Of a stretch of 64,000 bases of DNA, positions 58,200 to 64,000 are shown piece by piece. The position numbers and the translations under genes are program-made. The DNA is taken from the NCBI GenBank assembly GCA_049976425.1, contig JBMFIG010000001.1:224001-288000 (forward strand). The letters are read 5' to 3'. Source of the DNA: Thermoproteus sp. Its GTDB lineage: Archaea; Thermoproteota; Thermoprotei; Thermoproteales; Thermoproteaceae. The notes below the pieces were generated by a model. It was not told the origin of the DNA and ran no database searches. It saw nothing but the letters and a program-made list of their open reading frames with translations. The first letter of the stretch is position 1; each line of letters starts with the position of its first letter.

Positions 58200-60587
58200 G
58201 TGCCGAGGCTAAAGGAGGCTAGATGGCGGCTTGAGTGGGAGGAGGATCTCATAAGAGCTTGGGAGAGAGAGGGGCTCTTCGCAATAAGGATAAACCCAGA
58301 CGGCGACTATCTGGTTATAGACACGCCGCCTCCTTATCCCTCGGGCAGGCCGCACATAGGCGGCACGGCGCACTACGCCCAGATAGACATGGTGGCGAGG
58401 TTCTTCAGAATGCGGGGGTACAACGTGATCTTTCCGTTCTACCTAGACCGCAACGGCCTGCCGGTGGAGGTCCAGGTGGAGAGGAAGTACGGGATAAACG
58501 CCCACGAGGTTCCTAGGGAGAAGTTCCTGGAGATGTGCAAGGCGGAGCTCGACAGCTTGGAGAAGGAGTTCGTGGCGATATTCCGTAGGTGGGGCATGTC
58601 GTTCACGTACTGGGACAAGGGGACCGACAGCGAGGAGTACCGCGCAATGACCCAGAAGACCTTCATAGAGCTGTGGAGGCGCGGCTTAATTTACGAGGCC
58701 GAGAGGCCCACCCTCTGGTGTCCCCGGTGCCGCACGGCGTTGGCGGAGGCCGAGGTAGAGTACAAGGAGGAGGACACGTTCCTCAACTATATAAAGTTCA
58801 GAGTGAAGGAGACCGGCGAGGATATAATAATAGCGACCACGCGGCCGGAGCTCCTCCCCGCGACCGTGGCCGTCATCTTCAACCCAGGCGACGGCAGATA
58901 TAAACGCCTGGAGGGTCTACACGCCGTCGTGCCCCCCGTGGGCCAGGAGGTCCCGATATTGCCGCACCCAGCGGCGAACCCCAACTTCGGGACCGGCCTA
59001 GTCATGATCTCAACGTTCGGCGACACCCGAGACCTCGCCATAGTTAACGAGCTTAAGTTGCCCATAAAGGTCATAGTGGACGAGAAAGGCCGCATGAAGG
59101 AGGGGCCATATGCGGGCCTCTCCATAAGGGAGGCGAGGGCCAAGATAGTCGAGGATCTTTCGAGGGAGGGCTTGATAGTGAAGAGGGAGCCGCTACACCA
59201 CACAGTGCCCGTCTGCTGGCGTTGCGGGACTCCGCTGGAGATAATAACTACTAGGGAGCTGTTCGTGCATCAGCTCAAGTTCAAGGAGCGACTGCTCGAG
59301 CTGGCGGACCATATGGAGTTCAGGCCGCCCGAGTTCAAGAACATGCTCAAGGACTGGATAAAATCGCTGGAGCTCGACTGGCCTGTCTCGCGGCGCCGCT
59401 ACTACGCCACGGAGGTCCCACTCTGGTACTGCAAAAAGGGCGACCAGCTGATACCGATAGTCCCCGAGGGAGGGCGGTACTACAGGCCGTGGCGCGATCA
59501 GCCTCCGCCCGAGGTCAAGACGCAGTGCCCAGACGGCGAGCTGGTGGGCGACGTCAGAGTGCTCGATACCTGGTTCGACTCGTCGATTAGCTGGATGTAC
59601 GCGGCCGGCTACACCAAGGGCTTGGGCATCTTCGAGAGGGTGTACCCCGACAAGATATTGAGGCCGCAAGGCTACGAGATAATCCGCACGTGGCTCTACT
59701 ACTCGTTGCTCAGAGCCTATTTGTTGCACGACAAGGTGCCGTTTAAGTACGTCAGGATCAGCGGGATGGGCCTAGACGAGAAGGGAGAGGCCATGCATAA
59801 GTCCAAGGGCAATATAATAGACCCGTTGCCGCCCGTCCAGAAATACGGCGGAGACGCGGCGCGGTTCTGGGCAGCGGCGGCCGCCAGGCTGGGGAGCGAC
59901 TACCGCTATCTGGAGTCTCTGATAAAGGAGGGGAGGGACTTCGCCACGAAGATCTGGAACATAGCCCGTTTCGTCTCGTCCTTCGAGGAGCCCTCGAGCT
60001 ACAAGCTGATGCCTATAGATAGGGCCATGCTGGCGAGGACCTACGAGGTGGCCGCCGCGGCGATAAAGGCCTATTCCGAGTTCGACGTCTACGAGCCCGC
60101 CCTAACGCTCTACGACTTCTTGTGGCACGAGTTCGCCGACCACTACATAGAGACTGTCAAGTCGAGGGCCTACAACAGGGAGGGCGTCTTCTCGTCTGAG
60201 GAGCAGAACGGCGCTGTGTTCACACTATACGCCGTGTTGAAGTACGGCCTAAAGCTCCTGGCCCCCATAATGCCCTTCGTGACTGACAAGATATGGCGGG
60301 AGCTATACGGCAGATCTATCCATAGGGAGCGGATAGAGGATCCTCCGCCCGAGTGGAGGGGCGACGCGTCGCTCTTTGTGCTTGTCAAGAAGATAAACAG
60401 CGCCGTATGGCGCTATAAGAATAGAAAAGGCATGAGCCTCGCCGATCCTCTAAACGCCGACCTCTATGTCCCCGAGCCCGCCCTACAAGCGGCGGAGGAC
60501 CTACGCTTGACGCATAAGGCCAATTCGGTGAGGGCCGGCAGAGGGAGGGAGCAGATAGACGAGGAGGGCCTCGTCTGGATAGGGTAG
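58200..60587 (+). CDS. valS: valine--tRNA ligase
   Basis: IDTPPPY.SG..HIG, TALAEAEV, ATTRPE, DWPVSRRR, DTWFDSS, AMHKSKGN. Confidence 0.95.
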   Translation: MPRLKEARWRLEWEEDLIRAWEREGLFAIRINPDGDYLVIDTPPPYPSGRPHIGGTAHYAQIDMVARFFRMRGYNVIFPFYLDRNGLPVEVQVERKYGINAHEVPREKFLEMCKAELDSLEKEFVAIFRRWGMSFTYWDKGTDSEEYRAMTQKTFIELWRRGLIYEAERPTLWCPRCRTALAEAEVEYKEEDTFLNYIKFRVKETGEDIIIATTRPELLPATVAVIFNPGDGRYKRLEGLHAVVPPVGQEVPILPHPAANPNFGTGLVMISTFGDTRDLAIVNELKLPIKVIVDEKGRMKEGPYAGLSIREARAKIVEDLSREGLIVKREPLHHTVPVCWRCGTPLEIITTRELFVHQLKFKERLLELADHMEFRPPEFKNMLKDWIKSLELDWPVSRRRYYATEVPLWYCKKGDQLIPIVPEGGRYYRPWRDQPPPEVKTQCPDGELVGDVRVLDTWFDSSISWMYAAGYTKGLGIFERVYPDKILRPQGYEIIRTWLYYSLLRAYLLHDKVPFKYVRISGMGLDEKGEAMHKSKGNIIDPLPPVQKYGGDAARFWAAAAARLGSDYRYLESLIKEGRDFATKIWNIARFVSSFEEPSSYKLMPIDRAMLARTYEVAAAAIKAYSEFDVYEPALTLYDFLWHEFADHYIETVKSRAYNREGVFSSEEQNGAVFTLYAVLKYGLKLLAPIMPFVTDKIWRELYGRSIHRERIEDPPPEWRGDASLFVLVKKINSAVWRYKNRKGMSLADPLNADLYVPEPALQAAEDLRLTHKANSVRAGRGREQIDEEGLVWIG

Positions 60588-60588
60588 G

Positions 60589-62823
60589 CTACACGATCCC
60601 CCTCGACGACTTGGGGATCTCGCCAGCCGTCGACGGGCCCTCGCCGCTGAGGACGCGCTCCAACACCCTCACCGCGTTTCTCCTGGACAACATCTTGTTG
60701 TTGTTTCCACAATACGGACTATACACACATTTAGGGCACCCGTCCACGCAGTCGCACCCTCTAACTATCCTCAACGCTATTTCGGCCGCCCTTCTGAAGT
60801 TCCGGAGAAGTAGCCGCGAGGTCCCGTTTCCCCCTATATGGGAGTCGTATATCACCACGACGCCGTCCGGGTAGCTTATGCCGCCTAGATCCGTCTTGGA
60901 GGCGCCTACCGCTATCTCGGCGGCCGATATGAGGACGTGCTCCGTGGCGTGGTAGCCCTTAGCCCTCTCTTCCCAATCGACCGCGTCGTTGGGGCTGTAT
61001 CTCAACAGAGGCATGTAGAAGACGGCCCCTTTTGTCCTGAACTCGTATGAGACCGGCTCTATGGGGTATTCCCCGAGGGTCTCGTCGGTCGTGAATCTCT
61101 TGAGGGCGTAGCCGTAGACGGTTATCCTTATCCTCAACTTGCCGTACTGGTAGGGGATCCCCTCCACCTTGCCCTCCTCCAGCACCTCCTCCATGTACGG
61201 CTCCATATCCTCCAAGGCTTGGGTCGTCAGATCCTCGGCGTCTACCGGCTCCACGACGGCGACCCTTCTAGCTAGATCCAGCGACTTCACGATGTACGTA
61301 GCGCCGCCGTGGGCGTATATCGCCTCGGGGTGTAGCTCATATAGGGCGAGCGGGAGCTCCCTATGGCCTAAGAGCTTGCCGTCAGCCGTCTTGATCTTCA
61401 CCACGTGCGGGCTTCCGCGAAGCGATAGGTCGGCCAGCTTCTCGCGGCCCGTCTTGGTTATGAAGTAGAACCGGCCCCTCTTCTCCAAATAGCCGGCCGA
61501 CGCGAGCTCCCTCAACAACGGGAGCTGGTAGGGGGCGAGCTCGTCCTCCCTTATGGGCCTGTCGAGGGCCATCGCCAGCGTGTGGAGGGACGCCACGTCC
61601 TCGTTCTCCCGCTCGAGCCCTAGAGGCTCCGGCGATCTGGCGAAGAACTCGTCTGGGTAGTTCCTGTAGTAGCTCGATATGGGGTCGTTTCCGAGTATCT
61701 GCACCACGTACCCCGTCTGTCCCCTCCTCCCCACTCTGCCCACCCTCTGCAGATATCTGTTGAACGTCGGCGGGACGGAGGCCAGCACGGCCGCGTCGAC
61801 GTCGCCGATATCTACGCCTAGCTCCAACGTAGGGGTGGCTATGACGACATTTATCTCGCCTTTCTTGAACGCCTCCTCGACGTTGCTCCTCTCCTCGGCC
61901 CCGAGCCCGGCTCTATGGACCGCGGCGCTCCCGCCGTAGCCCTCCAGCCTCAACGCCCTATATATCATCTCGCTGTACCTATGGCTGTCGGTGAAGACGA
62001 GACACTTGAGATCCTCGTCTATGCAGATCTTGGCCAAGCCGGCCGCCTCGGCCCACTTAGACCTAAAACGCGGCCTTACGAGGACCTGCACCAGCTCGCC
62101 GCGCCTCCCCCTAGGCCCCTGCACGACGTTCACCTTCCTGTTGAGCAACAACTCGGCGAACTCGGCGGGATTGCCCAAGGTGGCAGACGTGGCCACGAAC
62201 TGCGGCTTCACGAAGCGCTCCATCCTCCTAAGCAGATAGAACATGTGGGAGCCCAGCACCCCGCTGTACACATGGAAGTCGTCGAGGACCACGTATCTGG
62301 CCCTCGATAGGAGTTGCCGGAACTTCGGGACGTACATGAGGGCCTGGCTCACCATGTCGGGGTTTGTCACCAGGATATGGGGCGGCGTCTGGTATAGAAT
62401 CCTTCTCTCCCTCGGCGGCGTGTCGCCGTCGTAGACCATGGCCCTGACGCCCAGCCTATCCGCCAACGCCCTTATCCTCCCCAGCTGATCTCTCGCCAGT
62501 GCCTTCGTGGGGTACATGACCACTGCCACGGGGGTCTTGAAGGTGTCCAGGCTCTCCTCCAATATGGGCGCCAGGAACGCCTCGGTCTTGCCGAGGCCTG
62601 TCCCGGCGATTATGACGGTGTCCTTTCCCGACCTTATGCTCTGAATTGCGTCGTACTGGAACGGGTACAGCATCTCCACTCCAGACTTCCTGAGCGCGTC
62701 TGCCACCTCGGCCCTCAACGCAACTCCCACGTCGCAACAGAGCTCGAGCGGCTCCGGCGTATCTGTCTTCACGTAGACTATCTCCCTCCCGGGATCGCCC
62801 AAGACTCTAGACAAAAAGTCCAC
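60589..62823 (-). CDS. Hrq1/SftH-like helicase with DUF1998 C-terminus
   Basis: GTGLGKT, YPTKALARDQ, TNPDM, DDFH, SATLGNP, QRVGRVGR, YD...GGNG, CDCVDGCPKC. Confidence 0.9.
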   Translation of the reverse strand: MDFLSRVLGDPGREIVYVKTDTPEPLELCCDVGVALRAEVADALRKSGVEMLYPFQYDAIQSIRSGKDTVIIAGTGLGKTEAFLAPILEESLDTFKTPVAVVMYPTKALARDQLGRIRALADRLGVRAMVYDGDTPPRERRILYQTPPHILVTNPDMVSQALMYVPKFRQLLSRARYVVLDDFHVYSGVLGSHMFYLLRRMERFVKPQFVATSATLGNPAEFAELLLNRKVNVVQGPRGRRGELVQVLVRPRFRSKWAEAAGLAKICIDEDLKCLVFTDSHRYSEMIYRALRLEGYGGSAAVHRAGLGAEERSNVEEAFKKGEINVVIATPTLELGVDIGDVDAAVLASVPPTFNRYLQRVGRVGRRGQTGYVVQILGNDPISSYYRNYPDEFFARSPEPLGLERENEDVASLHTLAMALDRPIREDELAPYQLPLLRELASAGYLEKRGRFYFITKTGREKLADLSLRGSPHVVKIKTADGKLLGHRELPLALYELHPEAIYAHGGATYIVKSLDLARRVAVVEPVDAEDLTTQALEDMEPYMEEVLEEGKVEGIPYQYGKLRIRITVYGYALKRFTTDETLGEYPIEPVSYEFRTKGAVFYMPLLRYSPNDAVDWEERAKGYHATEHVLISAAEIAVGASKTDLGGISYPDGVVVIYDSHIGGNGTSRLLLRNFRRAAEIALRIVRGCDCVDGCPKCVYSPYCGNNNKMLSRRNAVRVLERVLSGEGPSTAGEIPKSSRGIV

Positions 62824-62834
62824 AGGTTTTTTGT

Positions 62835-63326
62835 CTAAAGCTTATAGCCTATCTTTCTCAAAAACGCCTTCCTCTCCTCCCTGTCCTTATCCCCCTCGAC
62901 GCCTAGGGGGGAGTGGCCGTCCACCACGCCGATAACGCCGCGCCGCTCCGGCTCTACCTCGGCTACGATCACCTTGAGCGGGTTCGCCGTGGCTACGTAT
63001 ATCCTGACTACCTCCGGCACGTGCTTCACGGCGTTCAGCACGTTGATCGGGTAGGCGTTCTTTATGTATATCACGAACGTGTGGCCGGCGCCTATCTTGG
63101 ACGCTACGTCTATCGCCAACTTCCTCAACTCCTCGTCGTTGCCCTCATGCCTTACCAGGCGCTTTCCGGAGGCCTCGCAGAAGGCCAGGCCGAACTTGAT
63201 CCCGGGCACGCTGTTGACCAACGCCTCGTAGAGATCCTCCACGGTCTTGATGAAGTGGGCATGCCCGATTATCACGTTGGCGCCCTCGGGTATCGGCACG
63301 TCGATGACCTCAAACCTAATAGACAT
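62835..63326 (-). CDS. DUF355 adenosine-specific kinase family protein
   Basis: [34 protein letters not shown]. Confidence 0.88.
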   Translation of the reverse strand: MSIRFEVIDVPIPEGANVIIGHAHFIKTVEDLYEALVNSVPGIKFGLAFCEASGKRLVRHEGNDEELRKLAIDVASKIGAGHTFVIYIKNAYPINVLNAVKHVPEVVRIYVATANPLKVIVAEVEPERRGVIGVVDGHSPLGVEGDKDREERKAFLRKIGYKL

Positions 63327-63354
63327 GGCGATATCCGTCCAGCAGTTTAAATCG

Positions 63355-63409
63355 ATTCAGCTGTGGATTCTCCGATCACCTATCGGCGGCGCGGTTTACC
63401 TCATCACTT
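63355..63409 (-). ncRNA. C/D box sRNA
   Basis: Minus strand GTGATGA (63407-63401, overlapping the Fur stop), D' CCGA, C' GTGATCG, D CTGA (63360-63357). Confidence 0.8.
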
Positions 63410-63796
63410 GCCGCAGATGGCCTTAACGACCACCGATGTGGGCACCACGCCCGCGTTCCTCAACTCCTCCAATATCTTCTCGTTATATATATCGAGCACC
63501 TTGCCCGTATCGGCGCATACCACGTTTATGTGGGGCTCCACCTTGTCGTAGTAGGTCCGCCCGTTGTGTTCGAACGATACTATCACGCCGTTGTCCTCAA
63601 GCAGTTTTAGTATATTATATACTGTGCTGGCGCTTATGCTGGGCATTCTGGACTTAACCTCGTTCAGAATATCGTTAAACGAGGGGTGTTCCTTCCTCTC
63701 GAGCTTCTCCAGCACTAGCTTCACGACCTCTATCCTCTGGGGGGTCAGCCTATATCCCTTCTCCCTCAATATGTTTAATGGAGTTTGTTGCTCCAC
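63404..63796 (-). CDS. Fur/PerR-family transcriptional regulator
   Basis: RLTPQR, HPS, SASTVYN.L, HINVVC. Confidence 0.9.
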   Translation of the reverse strand: MEQQTPLNILREKGYRLTPQRIEVVKLVLEKLERKEHPSFNDILNEVKSRMPSISASTVYNILKLLEDNGVIVSFEHNGRTYYDKVEPHINVVCADTGKVLDIYNEKILEELRNAGVVPTSVVVKAICGK

Positions 63797-63876
63797 GCAA
63801 TAGAAACGCGTCTACTATAAAAACATATTCGCCATCTCGGCGGCCTACAGATATATAGGCCTATTTATCCCCCGAC

Positions 63877-64000
63877 ATGAAGATAGTGGTTGTCGGCGCC
63901 GGCATCGTCGGCATGGCGACCGCCTACCATCTTAAAAGAATTGCGCCGAGCTCCGAGGTGACTGTAGTCGACATGATGGCGGGGGCCGGCATGGGGGACA
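63877..64000 (+). CDS. FAD-dependent oxidoreductase (5' part, truncated by the window)
   Basis: MKIVVVGAGIVGMATAYHL GxGxxG motif. Confidence 0.85.
   Translation, partial: MKIVVVGAGIVGMATAYHLKRIAPSSEVTVVDMMAGAGMGD

Noticed and set aside
1-64000. CRISPR arrays, tRNA/rRNA genes, transposases, integrases
   Set aside because: No regularly spaced repeats, cloverleaf/T-loop signatures or recombinase motifs found by eye

Overview
GC-rich, gene-dense archaeal chromosomal segment. Gene content (rpoE1/spt4, rpl31e/rpl39e/rps19e, tfs, PCNA, priS, gins15, rpl44e/rps27e, rpl15e-rpp30-pop5, PaREP1 fragment, ThyX, C/D box sRNAs, apparently leaderless genes) points to a Thermoproteales crenarchaeon, Thermoproteus/Pyrobaculum-like (inference). 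It holds housekeeping clusters, an acyl-CoA cluster with two non-canonical thiolase/DUF35 pairs, a type IV pilus-type ATPase plus membrane platform next to a decayed accessory patch, a Mo/W ABC transporter, sufCB, and several DNA helicases/nucleases. No rRNA, tRNA, CRISPR array or intact transposase was seen. Most notable: (1) a co-oriented minus-strand module at 5.3-10.4 kb (short Fe-S XPD/DinG-like helicase, membrane-anchored HerA/FtsK-like ATPase, wHTH protein, M48 protease, unannotated Zn-finger protein) with sharp AT-rich patches inside reading frames; (2) four clear C/D box guide RNAs, one predicted to target the tRNA-Lys(UUU) wobble base; (3) an MFS gene broken by one 4-bp duplication. 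All product calls come from motif recognition by eye, not database searches.
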